Source of the DNA: Octopus vulgaris
Taxonomy: Eukaryota
DNA: 64,000 nucleotides
Direction: 5' to 3'
NCBI GenBank assembly: GCA_951406725.2
Contig: OX597826.1
Coordinates: forward strand, 67,580,001 to 67,644,000
The translations under genes and the position numbers were made by a program. Below the pieces are notes generated by a model that had not been told where the DNA came from, did no database searches, and saw only the letters and a program-made list of their open reading frames with translations. Below, one piece after another: positions 1 through 13,540 of this stretch; position 1 is the first letter of the stretch; each line of letters opens with the position of its first letter.

Positions 1-446
1 TATTCAAGCATTTTAGTCGGTCTTAACGATCTATATTTATCTGATCAATATTGCACTATTGTTTTTCGTGTATTTTAAATATTTTTGGTGCATCGGGATG
101 CACCAATTTATATCCCTATGCGCGAACATAAAGATGCATAAAGCTGTACATCTTTTATTCCTTTGATGTTCTACTTGTTCCAGTCGTTGCACTGCGGCCT
201 TGCTTGGGCACAAAATTTTAGGGTTTAATTTAATAAAATCGACGCTGGTAGTCAATTTTTGTTTGTTTGTAAGATTGGTAGTTATTGTGTTGGTATCATA
301 CTCTGAAACACTAAGTTATCAAAATGAAAACAAAACAAATCAGGTTGCCAAGCAACAGTAGAGATAAACACAAATACAGGCATGTACATACATACATATA
401 TACATACATATATATATTATTTATATATATATATTATTTATATATA

Positions 447-835
447 GGCTATGTGGTAAGAAGCTTGCTTCCAAACCACATTGATACGGGTTGAGTCCCA
501 TTACGTGGCATTTAGGGAAAGTGTCTTCTACTGTAGACTCGGGCAGACCGAATCCTTCTGAATGGATTTGGTTGACAGAAACTGAAAGACATATATATAT
601 GTATGTATGCATGCGCGTATATATTTGTGTATTTGTGTATTTGTGTTTGTATCCCCACCATCGCTTGACAACCGATGTTGGTATGCTTGCGTCCACGTAT
701 CTTAACATTTCGGCAAAAGAGTTCGATAGCATAATTACTAGGCTTACAAAAAATAAGTCCTGGGGGCGATTTGCTCGACTAACGACGGTGCTCCAGCATG
801 GCCGCAGTCAAATGAATGAAACAAGTAAAAGAGTA
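447..835 (+). mobile_element. tRNA-derived SINE, family A (CORE-like body, internal TA/TG microsatellite, AAAAGAGT tail)
   Basis: Colinear with copies at 17843, 20720, 23116 and 54551; tail 'ggtgctccagcatggccgcagtcaaatga..gaaacaagtaaaagag'. Confidence 0.85.
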
Positions 836-924
836 TAGATATATTTAGCGTTTCCTGCTTCATCTGTGTTACAAACGCGTCAGTCTACATTCATAATCAA
901 TGGTGGTGTTTCTCAGTAACTGGA

Positions 925-1135
925 GACGGCGAGCTGGCGGAATCGTTAGCACGCCGGGCAAGATGCTCTGCGGCATTTCGTCCGACTTCACGTCATGAGT
1001 GCAAATCCCGCCGAGGTCACCTTTGCCATTCATACTTTCGAAGTCGATAAATTAATTGCCCCTGAACAACTGGGGTCAATGTAGATGACTGACTCCCTTA
1101 CCCAAAATTCCTGGCCTTGTATCAAAATTTGAAGT
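925..1135 (+). mobile_element. SINE family B, diverged copy with tail type 1
   Basis: Head 'ggcgagctggcggaatcgttagcacgccgggc' and body 'gccgaggtcacctttgccattcat..gtcgataaatt' match the other B copies. Confidence 0.8.
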
Positions 1136-1204
1136 AAATTTTTCTGGGTAACTAACCCGGTCTTAGACTAGACACGACACGTACTACGCATATAAATATT
1201 GCTT

Positions 1205-1400
1205 TTAAATTTTAGCCCAATACCAGTAATTCCGAAGGAGAATGGAAGTTGATTACATCAATCCCAATGCTTAAGCAGTGCTTATTTTATCCACCCCGAA
1301 GGACAAAAAGCAAAGTAAAAAGCATAGCGGAATTTGAACTCAGAACATACGAAATACCTCTAATCATTTTCCCAGGCGTGCGAACGCTTCTGCCCACCTT
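1205..1400 (-). mobile_element. SINE family B, diverged copy inverted relative to 925-1135
   Basis: Reverse complement of the B body ('ccccgaaggac..aaagcaaagt..gcggaatttgaactcagaac'). Confidence 0.7.
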
Positions 1401-1923
1401 AGCATACATATAAATTGTGAAAATTACACACTTAGAATGTTGGGTTAATGGTTCCGTATATTAAAATCTAGACTGACACTAAGTTTGAAAGTTCTAGAGA
1501 CCATGGAAAAAAAATAAAAGACTTGATAAATCTTAACATATCAGTTATGCCAGATTAGATTTTAATAATTCCTTTTTTCGAAAATATTCTTTTTTAAGTG
1601 ACTGAACTTCTAAGTTCTTCCGATTTTGTTCTTTCTCTTCTGTCTCAGTCTTTGGTTATATATTTATTTTGAGCTTCTTTGAGATTATAAACAGATATGG
1701 CGGATATGTTGTCGTGTATATTAACTCGCCGAAAGAAATTCTGCACACTAGTACTGATACAGACACCGACTCACAGACACAGACAAGTATGTATGCATGC
1801 ATACGTTCATGTATTTATGTATGTATGTATGTATGACCCTTTCTGGAAAGATAAGTGTAAAGTACTTGATAAATTCGAGGTAATATATATATATATATGC
1901 GCGCGCGCGCGCGCGTGTGTGTG

Positions 1924-2301
1924 TGGAGGTGCACTGGCCCATTGGTTAGGGCAACGTACTCGCGGTCGTAGGATCGCGGTTTCTCATCCCAGACCGGGCG
2001 TTGTGAATGTTTATTGAGCGAAAACACCTAACGCTCCACGAGGTTGCGGCAGATGGTAATGGCGAACCTTGCTGTACTCGTTCACCACAAATTTCTCTCA
2101 CTCTTTCTCCCTGCTTTTGTTTTACCTGTATTTCAAAAGGCCAGCCTTTTCACACCCTGTGTGATGCTGAATCTCTCCGAGAAATACGTTAAGAGTACAC
2201 GTGTCTGTGGAGTGCTCGGCCACATGCACGTTAACTTCACGACCAGGCTGGTCTGTTGATCGGATCAACTGGAACACTCGTCGTCGTAATCGACGGAATG
2301 C

Positions 2302-2302
<1 letters not shown>
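1924..2302 (+). mobile_element. tRNA-derived SINE, family C (Arg-like head), full length, followed by (CA)n
   Basis: A-box-like 'tggcccattgg', anticodon-like 'actcgcgg'; colinear with 59863-60242. Confidence 0.85.
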
Positions 2303-2377
<75 letters not shown>

Positions 2378-2488
2378 GTAAGTTAGAGCTCCACGTAAAC
2401 TATCATTATTCATTCTGCCTCCATCCAATCTAGAGGTTAGACGAGCAGTGTGCTTAGCAGTGATAATAGATGTGATATGCAGAATATA

Positions 2489-2819
2489 CAGGGTGTCATA
2501 GTAGTCACTGATGGATTTCAATTTTTAATAACTTCCTTAAATTTACAAATACATGCAAGAGAGTTTGATACAATATAAAGGACATAATGGAAATTAATAT
2601 GCGTAAGTCACACTTTGTAACACCATTGCGTCCCGTATGAAAAGTGACATCGCTTAAATGGCAGCCATTTTCAGCTTCGCATGCCCTCTTCTTTCCAAAA
2701 CTTGCACCAAACTACCTACACGAGTTTCCCACTCCGATTCTCTGATTTCTCTATTGACGTTCTCCTTCAGTTGCACCAGAGTCTCCGGTTTGTTGACGTA
2801 AACACTTTCTTTCAGGTAT
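2489..2819 (-). mobile_element. Tc1/mariner-superfamily remnant: transposase C-terminus plus TIR
   Basis: Minus-strand translation YLKESVYVNKPETLVQLKENVNREIRE...ACEAENGCHLSDVTF; end reads TA-CAGGGTGTC on the plus strand. Confidence 0.7.
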
Positions 2820-3008
2820 ACGAACAAGAAAAATCCTGGCTCGAGTCCCAGCCCTCCGAGTTCTTTTACAGGGATTAGAAAAACTGAAGGACCGCTGCAA
2901 TAAGCATGTGAATCTTAGAAGGGGATATGTTGAATGAAATCATAATTAATTGATCCTCCACTATTTTATTTTACCCAAAGGCAGGAACATTTCAGAACGC
3001 TCTCATAT
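2820..3008 (+). mobile_element. mariner remnant: transposase C-terminus plus degraded right end
   Basis: KSWLESQPSEFFY, frameshift, GLEKLKDRCNKHVNLRRGYVE* resembles the mariner ending 'FY..GI.KL..RW.KCV...G.YVE'. Confidence 0.75.
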
Positions 3009-3934
3009 GTGTTTGTGCAAGTGTGTGTGTGTGCATGTTTATATATATATGCGGGTATGAGAATGTAGATTAATCCGAACTAGTACACGTCAACTTCGTA
3101 ACTGAAAGAGAACTAACAAATAGATTTAGCTTGAGATATTCTAAGACAACCAGCGAATACGTGCTCAGTCTAACTGTTATAAGCATAAGTAAAATATTAC
3201 TTTAATATCATTTACTCTGCCATTAAAAACAGAGGTTGTGGAAGATTACATTTCATAATGTTACATCAGCTACACAATATCGGAAAAAATACGGGATATC
3301 CATGGTTAAGACTCTCTTGCTAATAAGACTCTCGCTTAACCATGGATGACCATGGTAAGAATGTCTTGCTATAGGGCTAAACAACTATAATACCAGTTTT
3401 CTAATCGAAACGTCTAATTTAATCTGAAGGTACGAAGTCCTGTTTGATTGATTATTGTGAACTCTGTAATGAATTTGTACATATGTTTACGACAATGGTA
3501 GCTAATGTCTACTTTGCCTGGTTTAGAAGCCAGAGTGTAAAGGAATGTAATTTTATATGGTTTTCGAAATCTAGGACAATGCCAGGAATTACGAGGAAAA
3601 GAGTCGATTAGATCGACCCCAGTGTTCACCTGGTAGATATTTAATTGACCCCGAAACGATGAAAGGCAAAACCGACCCCTGAAGCGTTGTAACACAGATT
3701 ATGAAACGAGACCATTAAGTATTTTATTTGAAGTGTCACTGGATCTGCCAAATCGCCGCCTTGAGATGTAATTTAACACTTGTTTCAAATTTTGGCACAA
3801 GGCCAGCATTTTCGATAGATGTGTTAAGTAGAATACATCGATCGCAGTGCCCAACAGATACTCAATTAACCGATTTCGTGTTAACAGTTCTGCCAGCTAA
3901 CCGCGCCGATGTAATTTAATGTTGAAATATATTT

Positions 3935-4045
3935 TTTCATTCTTTCGGGGTCGATAAATTAAATACCAGTTGCGTACTGGGGTCAATCTAATCGACTGGC
4001 CTCCTCCCACCAAATTTCGGGCGTTGTTCCTAGAGTAGAAAACAA
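3935..4045 (+). mobile_element. SINE family B, 3' half with tail type 1
   Basis: 'tttcattctttcggggtcgataaattaaataccagttgcgtactggggtc..cctagagtagaaaa'. Confidence 0.8.
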
Positions 4046-4709
4046 TATTGAAATACATTTTGTCCACAACTTTATTGAGTCTATCATTCGAACGTCTTCC
4101 ATACGTCTCTCTTTCAATACTAACATATATCCATGGACAAAATTCCAGTTAAAAATAGCGCTATCGGGAAAATAGAGGTACATTGGATAATACATCAAAT
4201 AAATAAAAAGTGTATTCTTTTCACACCGAGATCAATTTTTGTCGTAGGCTTTCTTTTCGGAGGATCTGTAGTCGAGTTTAGCAAAAACACCAAGACCTCT
4301 CTCGCCAGCACTTGTCATCACATATCTTGCAACACCCATCTCCACAATTACAGATGGTTAACCTGTTAGGCAAGCAGTCAGCTGTAAAACGAAGTTCATC
4401 CGTCACTCAGTGCAAAATGTCACAGAAACCTCGATCCTGGCTGCAACAGCCGGGTTTCCCTATAAATAGATGTCACCTATCATATCATTTGGTAGATTAT
4501 ATTTATATATCTCAAGCATAAAAAAGATATCTTTGAGGTTTAACAAGAGATATAGTCGGTCTTCAGAAGTAGATACCAGTATAGTATATAGATAAATCGT
4601 AATCTTGGTTGTCGCATTTCTTTACTGAATGTGTCTGATTCTATTAATTTCTTTCATTTTACTTTGATGATACTAAAATAGAATTTTCTGATAATAATGA
4701 TAATAATAA

Positions 4710-5008
4710 CGACGATGGACTCTCCTGTTAAAAACGACGTGTAAGTGTTCGGCTTTTGATGAACGGCCAGCACAAATGATATTTTTTTTATAGTGACCAA
4801 ATGATCGTGTTGTACATTAGTTCACTCCATCCATCAAATCGACGTTGTCTGAACACGTGCATTCTGTGGCATGTGTCAGGTGTCAAATGAATCGCAGAGC
4901 AACGTGCGACGAAGCGTTTTGCTCAAGAACACAACACAACACCCTGTCTAGGAATTGAAATCACAATCGCTATATCGTGACTGCACCGCCATAACCACTA
5001 AGCATGCG
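4710..5008 (-). mobile_element. tRNA-derived SINE, family D (CORE-like), diverged
   Basis: Reverse complement gives 'gcttagtggtta..gttgtgttcttgagcaaaac..cacgttgctc', as in 50681-50940. Confidence 0.6.
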
Positions 5009-5300
<292 letters not shown>

Positions 5301-5531
5301 GTGAAAGAAGATAAATTCAACAACTATGACGATTTGAAGTGGGAAATACGAAAGTTGTGGTTAATGAAGGGAGTAGACAAGATACCAAAAGTATTTTGTG
5401 CATTTGTAAGTATCAGCATTCACCTAACAACACGGCTGAAAAAGATTGGTGCAAGTGTGAAGGGAGAATACCTACAAAAATCAGCATCGCTTAGAAGTGC
5501 AAGAATTCTTCGGAGGGTTCTTGAAATTTAA
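5301..5531 (+). mobile_element. R4/Dong-clade non-LTR retrotransposon, 5'-truncated restriction-like endonuclease C-terminus
   Basis: VKEDKFNNYDDLKWEIRKLWLMKGVDKIP...LQKSASLRSARILRRVLEI* matches the clade ending 'KE.EK..KY.DL..EI..LW...LQK.ALLG.ARILR.VL'. Confidence 0.85.
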
Positions 5532-5900
5532 CCTGTCCACATGTCGAACTCCCACGATCATCCCTTCCGGTACCGATCGAGAGAATCGCCGACATTATTT
5601 CGCTATTGTCACTGCTTCCTCCTCCCTTGGAGCTGTGTCCATCAAATCGATGCTTACTGTCTAAACTTGTGGTGATGTCATTTGCATGCAGTGGTACAAC
5701 TCTCTCCCATCCCATCGATGCTATTTAACCTCCGAAGGGCATTGGTTATTTTCTTTAGACACGTGTTTCAAGAGTTCTTGCGATGCAAACTCGAAAGCAT
5801 TAAGCTTGTCTGGAATAAAGAGGAAAAATCTCTATGGATTCCAACAAAACGGGAAGTTATAAACGAAACTGGACTGTATTGGAAGAAGAATAGTTCAAAG
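5532..5900 (+). mobile_element. Possible Tx1/L1-type ORF2 C-terminal remnant
   Basis: GC-richer island; 'RRALVIFFRHVFQEFLRCKLESIKLVW' only loosely resembles Tx1 C-termini. Confidence 0.3.
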
Positions 5901-6824
5901 GGGATGCTCGGACCCTACCACCCACACCCCTATGCCTCCGCGCCCCCATGCTCTAACGTTCTTCCACTCCACCACGCGCTTTCTCTCTCTTTCCCCCTTT
6001 CTCGCTCTCGTTCTCTCTCTCTCTGTGGTTGTTGTCTGCCTGATGCTAACGTCTAAACATCTTTTAAACCAGTCTCGCTCGTTGCAGACCTAATTGCCCT
6101 AACATCGCAATCAATCATCTTCTGTATATCGATCAACTAATAAACAACTGAAGGTTCAGTTGCATATATTGCGAGCTGGCTAGCAAAACTGACATCATAT
6201 TTGGTCAGAAAAATGAACGGGGTTATAATGGAAATGATTATATCAAGTTTAAATTAGCTCTGACATGTGGATGAGAAACATAAATAAGAAAATTAAACGA
6301 AACACAAGCGCACATGCAATTAAACATTTATGGAGTAGACGGAGCATCACGCACATACAAGTGAAAGTTAATTTTAGGAGAGAATATTATAGACACAACA
6401 GGTTAATATTTAAATCAAATTTTTAATAAAACCAAGATATTAGATGTACATAATTCGTTGTCCGAGGTATAATTAATTGTCATATTATTGTCAACTGGAA
6501 ACTTTATGAATTAGCAAGATTAGACAAGAAAGAAATCGTGATTGCGTTTAGAAGTACCAACATATAAAGAATATATTTACAATGAACTCTGAAAGTAGAT
6601 GGTCGTCTGCTTCTACAATGTAATCGCTAAGGTAGGACTATGAATACATCTATTAAATAATACAAGAAGTGTTATAGACAAATACAAATTATGAGCACGA
6701 GGAAAGAATTTCTGTTTCAAAAGTCAAGGAATTATAAAACGGAGACAACGGTGAGAAAAAATTGCGAAGAAATGCGATAAAGAAGAAAACGTAATTGAAC
6801 GGCAAATGAGCTAATGAAATATTA

Positions 6825-7347
6825 CCGTAAATCCTCGAGTATAATCCGCATTTTCCCCCAAAAAATTTAAAGGTCAAAATCCCTAGTGAGTACTATATAC
6901 GAGGTTAAAAATGAAAAATATTTTCTAAGCAATGTCTGAGTCTCTATTTGCTGTCTGGCAATGTTTATTCAGACGCATTTTGTGATGTCGGGCGCGAAAA
7001 TACCTTAAGTTAAGCCTGAAAGCAATGAAGTCATAAAAGAATCTCGTATAACTAGCTGTAAGCAACATTTACTAAAATAAAAGTATTCAGAACACAGAAT
7101 AACATGTAACAAAAACAATTTGCAAACATATTTACATTCCCATGTAACAGTTAAGAACATCACCATTATTGTATTACGTATGCGCAAAAGTGTTTGCTCG
7201 ACTAGGTGCTGCTGGCTTAATTACGCACGACTCAAGTTAGAGAAGGGGTGCGTATCATACACAAGGTTTAGGTTTTTCAGAGGTACAGACTCCTGAAAAT
7301 CCCCTGCGTATTATACACAAAGGCGGACTATACTCGAGGATTTACGG
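6825..7347. mobile_element. Non-autonomous Tc1/mariner-type MITE, 523 bp, TA target-site duplication
   Basis: TIRs CCGTAAATCCTCGAGTATAATCCGC / GCGGACTATACTCGAGGATTTACGG; TA at 6823-6824 and 7348-7349; subterminal repeats 'gcgtat.atacacaa'. Confidence 0.9.
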
Positions 7348-7599
7348 TATGTGGAGACGTTTTCAAGAAAGATTTTAAGTCACATGAACATGTGATTAGC
7401 GAAGAAAGCATAAATGAGTAACGAAAAATCAACATAAAATGAGAAGTAGAACAATCAAAGTCGAGTTTGATGACATTATGATCGCAGGATGAAACTAAAG
7501 CCGTCCTATCTGAAAGGAGTAAGAAATATAATGAAGAAGAAGCGGAATATGAATTATTAATGCAAAATACAATCAATCACTTTGTCTCTGTTCGTTTTT

Positions 7600-7900
7600 C
7601 AAATACTTTTTTTTCGTTCTCGTGCAGGGTCTGGAGAAAAAGTCAGTGTGCCTGACCTTTGGCAGCTCACCGAGATTGGGAATACTGAGGCCGTTAATGT
7701 TCGGTTTCAATAGTTGCAGAGCTAAACCTGTAAGATTTATATGAGCAGGAAGCACTTTACAGACGGCTGATGTTCTGAGGAGAAAGACTGGGCCTAGTAG
7801 TTTTTGGTGAGCCAACGCATACAACAAGAGTAATGAGAACTGGGAAGAGATGGGGTCCGAATGGCTCAAGTACGCTCCTGGCCAGACCCGAGGGGGTTCA
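7600..7900 (-). mobile_element. Possible Tx1/L1-type reverse transcriptase remnant with internal deletions
   Basis: SQFSLLLLYALAHQKLL resembles 'PLSPLLY.LALEPLL'; NGLSIPNL resembles 'GGL.IP.L'. Confidence 0.35.
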
Positions 7901-8094
7901 TTATCTTATCGATAGTTTTAAGAAGACAAAGTAGCTTAGCGGGTTTTCGTCAGTCTTTATGATTTGGGTTCAAATTCCGCCGAGTTTTTCACCCTGCTAC
8001 TACTCAATAAAATAAATACTAGTTGAGCGCTGTGGTCGATGAAAGTAACACACTCCGCCCTCAAAAATTCAGGATCGTTAATAGAAAGAATTAT

Positions 8095-8225
8095 TTAGTG
8101 ATAAAAAAGGCAGAGAAACGAGACAGCACAACTGTAGGCCACAGCATAAAGAGTGTCTGTTAGTAACTGAATGTCAATCAACCGAATAGTTCTTCCCTGG
8201 AAGCAATCTAGGATGTGTGTAGACA
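8095..8225 (-). mobile_element. LINE ORF2 C-terminal remnant (CR1/Jockey group)
   Basis: ILDCFQGRTIRLIDIQLLTDTL...AVSFLCLFYH resembles 'LDR.Q.RA.RLI....L..L..RR.VA.L.LFY.Y'. Confidence 0.6.
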
Positions 8226-8869
8226 TGGTCGAAAATAAATACATATAACTTACATAGATCATATAAGGTGTTTCTATGCTTGAAACTACGGCATTATTTA
8301 TGAAATAGCAACATAAAGTACATGTCACAAATACAAAAGTTAAAACGTATTTCAAGAATGACAAAATAACTCCATATTTTGGAACATAACTGCACACATA
8401 GGCAGGGAGGTTAAAGAAAATTTCCCACATGACATTTCCGAAGTCCATTTTAACCGACGTGAATATATCTTTTAAAGAAATGTACAACTTATCCGAATAT
8501 AAAACAGGGCAGTTCGAATATGGAGATTGGAAACACTTTTAAAATAGGGGTTTTGAGAATTATAAGAAAAGTGATCCAGGTAAAAATGTTATCGTATCTC
8601 AAGTACATACGTTCTTACCTAATATATAGTCGTCTATGAAAGTGCTTTTGTAAGGTTTCCCGTTTGCTAGGAATAACAGCCAAATTATCTTTAAGGCAAA
8701 CCATACCAACATAGAAAGAGAAAGACGCTTTCATTCTATATTCTTTTGTATAGTATGCCTAGAAAAATGGACGAGATGTTCGGATTTAAATTACGTTTGA
8801 TAATAGGTCCAGGCAAGGAAATTATCTTGAACATCAACATAAACAGCTGTAATAACAAAGCAACAACAA

Positions 8870-9629
8870 TAGCAGCAACAACAAGAACAACAACAATAAT
8901 AGCAGCAGAAGCAGGAATCGGAACTACAACAATAAATCAAATCGACAATAATGGATGCATCAAAATAGAGAAAACGGTATTTGTACACAATGGAGTTGTA
9001 TTACAAATTGTAATTTGAATATAGTAGGAAAACACGGAAGCAAAACAAAGCAATCCATGCAGGGAGAGCAAACAGGGCTGCACTGAATTTGTGCAACAAA
9101 AGCAATCAATAAGAATGGGATTTGCTAGAAATAACAATCAAGCATCCCCCAAACCATTTAAACCAGTACAAAGTATTTTAACCATCACAAAAAAGAGTCG
9201 ACGCATTGGATAATGTGTTCTTGTATGTATTATGGCTAGGAAAATCACATTTGGAATGTCTTGATAATCAATGCTAGCACAGAAGTCAACAGAAACAGTC
9301 AGAACAGCAGCAATAGTACCATCAGAATCTTGTACTACCATGTATTACAATTATATAAGACGGAGTTGTTTGAATGCATTAGTAAAATATGGAAAGAAAA
9401 CAGGACAATTCGTACACATGGAGTTTGTGGTTTGTGCAAAAGAAAGCAATAATAATCGGACACGCTAGAAATAACAGTTAAACCTCCCTCAGATCATACC
9501 ATACTGTTAGAAAAATGATATGGAATGACGTACTGCATGATGTATTCTTATGGATTCTACGGTAAGAAACAAATATAACACGAGATGCTCACAGCTGGAA
9601 TTCCTTTGATAATGAATGCTAACTTGAAG

Positions 9630-9667
<38 letters not shown>

Positions 9668-9870
9668 AAGTGTAAAAATAACAACGACAACAACAGTAAC
9701 TTTAACGATGGCAACAGCAGCAGTAGCATACAGAAAGTACTTTCTTGTAGGTACTGCAGTTGTGTTATGCAGAGTATTTTGAATAGAACTGAAAAACACG
9801 GAAGCTAAACAAGGCAATTCATGCACACAGAGCTGTGTTGGTTTGTGCAGCAAAAGCTAGCAACAACAAT
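8870..9870. repeat. Old diverged tandem triplication, unit about 340-400 bp
   Basis: Recurring anchors: 'tttgtgca..aaa' (about 9088, 9431, 9842), 'gctagaaataaca' (9124, 9463), 'ttgataat.aatgcta' (9261, 9606), 'aaaacacggaagc.aaacaa.gcaat.catgca' (9029, 9793). Confidence 0.7.
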
Positions 9871-9934
9871 AGGACTACAGAGCAAAACTACAAAACAAAT
9901 ACAAAGCAAAACAATGAATTGTGGTTCAAACTTT

Positions 9935-10110
9935 CCCGAACAAAAAGCAGAAACGGGAAGTCTGATTTTAGCTGCACTGGATCAATGCTTAGATACAAAT
10001 AACTGTAATTTCAAAAGGTTTACACAAAATGCAGAAAATGCAATTAATACAATGAGTAAAATGATATTATATTGGGCTTTGCAATGCCAGTCTTACAAAG
10101 TCTGAGCATA
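9935..10110 (+). mobile_element. R4/Dong-clade remnant, region leading into the CCHC zinc knuckle
   Basis: QKAETGSLILAALDQCLDTNN then KCRKCN resembles 'K.ETE..I.AAQDQ.L.T....KCR.C'. Confidence 0.65.
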
Positions 10111-11339
10111 TCTACAGACGCGATCGAATCATCAGTTATATGCTGGGATGTTATATTTTCTCTTCTATTTCTTTGATTATTATGATCAGGGGGGAAATGG
10201 CGACTTCTTTTCATACAGTTGTCTGGCATTGAAATTTCCATTCTGATAAATCAAATATGTACATTTTTTAGTGTTATTAAGTTAGGAAAGAATGGAAGAG
10301 CCGGCTGAAGACCGAAAAAATTCTCTCGGCCACGATTTTAGCGCCATTTTAAAGTTACACTCAAAAAGGGAGGTGAAGGTTGAGATTAAGTCGGACAAAA
10401 GGCTACTATACCTGTGTGCCGTCAAAGAAGCTCTGGAGGCGTTGCAACTTTACCCGGTGTCTACACATCAGTTATAACAGCATGTTTAGTAATCCATGCA
10501 ACGAATTATAACAACAAATACACCGTCGGATTAGCGGAAATCCTCTCCACAGAAAGAGGAAAAGCAAACTCTCCCCTCTAGTCAGTCATGAAGCTGGGCA
10601 AGACAAGTCAGTCAGATGGTTGTAGATGGATTGAATGTAGGTATTCGCTACCGCCACACTATCTTTCAGGGATAGATGCCTCTTGACCTATTTTGTGGTG
10701 ATACTGGCCAAGCTGTACGTCAACTTCCCTAGTCCTTCAGAATAAATTTTGGGAAAACCTCGAGCACGCCCTGTGTTGTGGTAGGCTTTGACAAATGCTA
10801 TATAACAAATTTTTGACAGCTACCAACTTTTGAACATATAAACGAATGGAACAATCGTACGAAGGACTCGAAACAACATTTTGCTATTCCGCAACAAAAA
10901 TACTAATACACCTAACTTGGTGAACATTTAACATGAGAGAAAGCTAATTCAATATTTCCATTGACATTCTACCAAATAATAACGAACAGAATAAAAAGTA
11001 TTCTAAAATATTCATGGATAACAGTAAATACATAAAATTTTTAGTGCAATTCTATCGGATTTCTTCTGATGCTAAATAATAGCGCATTTGAAAAAATGTT
11101 CGTAGTGCCCGATAATTGCCACCATATGTAAATAACCTAAGAGAACACACATCAAATGACCATCAATCAAATCCATATTCAATGTGTACATACCTTTGGA
11201 AGCTAATTGCTCGCTATCGCCATTTTCCATGTGTGCGTTCCTTTTATAATCGCTTACTACTCCTGATTCCTTCATATTTTGTACCAAAAAAATATTGTTT
11301 GGCACTCATACTATATTCAATATTCTAGTGTATACCAAA

Positions 11340-11515
11340 GCGCGAGCTGGCAGAATTAGTAGCACGCCGGACAAAATGCTTAGTGACATTTCGACCATCT
11401 TTACTTTCTGATTTCACATTCCGCTCTCGTCAATTTCGCTTTTCAACATTTTGAGGTCGTAATCAAATAACGACCTCCCAAAATTTCTGGCCTTGCACCA
11501 AAATTTGAAAGCAAT
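11340..11515 (+). mobile_element. SINE family B, diverged
   Basis: Head 'gcgagctggcagaatt.gtagcacgccggacaaaatgcttag'. Confidence 0.7.
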
Positions 11516-13308
11516 ATGGAAATAGATCCTTTGAAATGTGTTGCCCTCTCATGCTATAGTCTAGATTGAACCAGTGAATTTATTATTTCCACTGCGATAG
11601 GTTTATAACGCTTCAGCAGTAATGAACTGATTTAATAATGGGGCTATTCCGTACATAAGTGAATAATTATGGTATAAAAGAAAGAGTGCCGATTGATTCT
11701 TCACACTTTTTTTCTCTACTGACATTTATGTATGATTAACAACGCCTGATGTGTGAAATGCATCGTTAAGCGGATAAACTCTATCAAATTACATACGACG
11801 CGTTCTCTGTTGACGAGATAGCCAATGAAAATCTGACGTTTATTATGCACCCAGTCGTGCAAACGTGTTCTTGGTTTCATCAGACAGATGCAACAACTTA
11901 CAGTCGTAGCCACTGCAGCTTTAGCAACTGTTATCTGTTTCGTATCTTTCGACAGATCGCCATTCCGTTCACACTTTCTCCTGGCCTAGCAGCACCGTAG
12001 GCGATCACATATCAATAGTTAACATTTACCGTGATGCATAGTGCATCTTACAAACATCTTCGTACAAGGAACTATCATAACGAGTCGAAAATAAATATAA
12101 ACTACAACGCCATTCATCAAAGTAAAAACGCGCAACATTTTGGAGGTGATATGATTGGATGTGTCCTTTATTTACGAATACGGTGTAATTGGGATTTTCT
12201 CAACAGTTATACAACGCCGAGAACTTTGACCTCAATTTATCAAGCTTCACTTCATTTTGTTCTGCGATGTTAATATTTTGCTGCCCCGAAAAAAGAAAAA
12301 ACAGAAGATTAGAGTAAATATTCTTGCTCTAAGCTCCCCCTCTGTTAATTAACAATAAACTAGTGAAGTGTGATATTGGTTTTTGCTATTATACATTATA
12401 ATTATCGTCTGAGTTGTGAAATTATATTCTTATCCTAGTAATTACAGCACAAATAATTCAACGCTTAAAATAGTATTAAACCTTCAGAAAACAAATAAAG
12501 GTTAACAAAAAATAAAAATCATTGAGAAAGAAAACCACGGGAATAAACCTAACACGAGCACCACCACCCAACAAAATAAACAAAATCAAAAAGAAAACAA
12601 GGTTAATTTCTAAATACAACGCACCAATCCTTAGAACACTAATTGACTAGCAATATAGCGGACCAGAATAACACGCAAAAATGTTATAAATCAATGGAAT
12701 TTGAAAAAGATGTAAGATTTCTAAAGACGAAAATTATGAATATGGCAATAGCGTAATGGTGGAAATAATTAAAAACTTAAAAATCGACAGATTTTCCTTC
12801 GGGCTAAGAAAATCGCGCCTATGAAACTTAAACGATAAAATACAATATTCAATAAAAGAAATAAAAAAAAAAAAGTCTGACCATCTTAGACTTGAAGGAG
12901 AGTTATAAATTATCAATATATGAAGGAGAAATCAAATGATAAATGCTGTAACTAGGTTAGATACAATGCAACGTTGGTAATGTTTTCGAATTTGTTTCTA
13001 CAGAAAGATAATAATCTATGAAAGCATCATGAAAACCAAAACCTGAGATGCTGGGAAAACACACACACAAAAAAGAATACTTAATGAAATGATTAACAAG
13101 CAGACACAAGTGAAGAATTAGGCGAGGAAGAACCCCTACCTAGTCAAAAAAAAATTGTTAATTCTTAACTGATACATCAATTTAAAATGTTACAAATATT
13201 CAGTAGAAAAAAAATCGAAACTATCACAACCCAAAGGATGTTATCAAGAACTACGGGAAATAGAAATAAAAATCAATGCACACAAACAGCAAGAATTTAA
13301 TTTAATCA

Positions 13309-13540
13309 AGGCGGTAAGCTGGCAGAAACGTTAGCACACCGGGCGAAATACTTAGCGGTTTTTCGTCTACCGTTACGTTCTGAGTTAAAATTCCGCCGAG
13401 GTCGACTTTGCCTTTCATTCTTTCGGAGTCGAATAAATAAGTACCATTTACGCACACTGGGGTCGATCTAATCGATTTATCCGTTTGTCTGTCCTTGTTT
13501 GTCCCGTCGATGTTTAACCCCTTGTGGGCAATAAAGAAAT
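13309..13540 (+). mobile_element. SINE family B monomer, tail type 2, with target-site duplication
   Basis: Full head, body and 'gtgggcaataaagaaat' tail; 'aagaatttaattt' occurs just upstream (about 13292) and directly downstream (about 13541). Confidence 0.9.

Noticed and set aside
1649-1670. TCTTTGGTTAT, matching the 5' half of miR-9
   Set aside because: The match stops after 11 nt and there is no complementary arm.
1899-1924. (CG)n/(TG)n tract with Z-DNA potential
   Set aside because: A common microsatellite transition with no evidence of function.
11902-11985. Possible minus-strand 84-nt exon ending in a GTAAGT donor (ARRKCERNGDLSKDTKQITVAKAAVATT)
   Set aside because: No polypyrimidine tract at the acceptor and no recognisable protein; needs RNA-seq.
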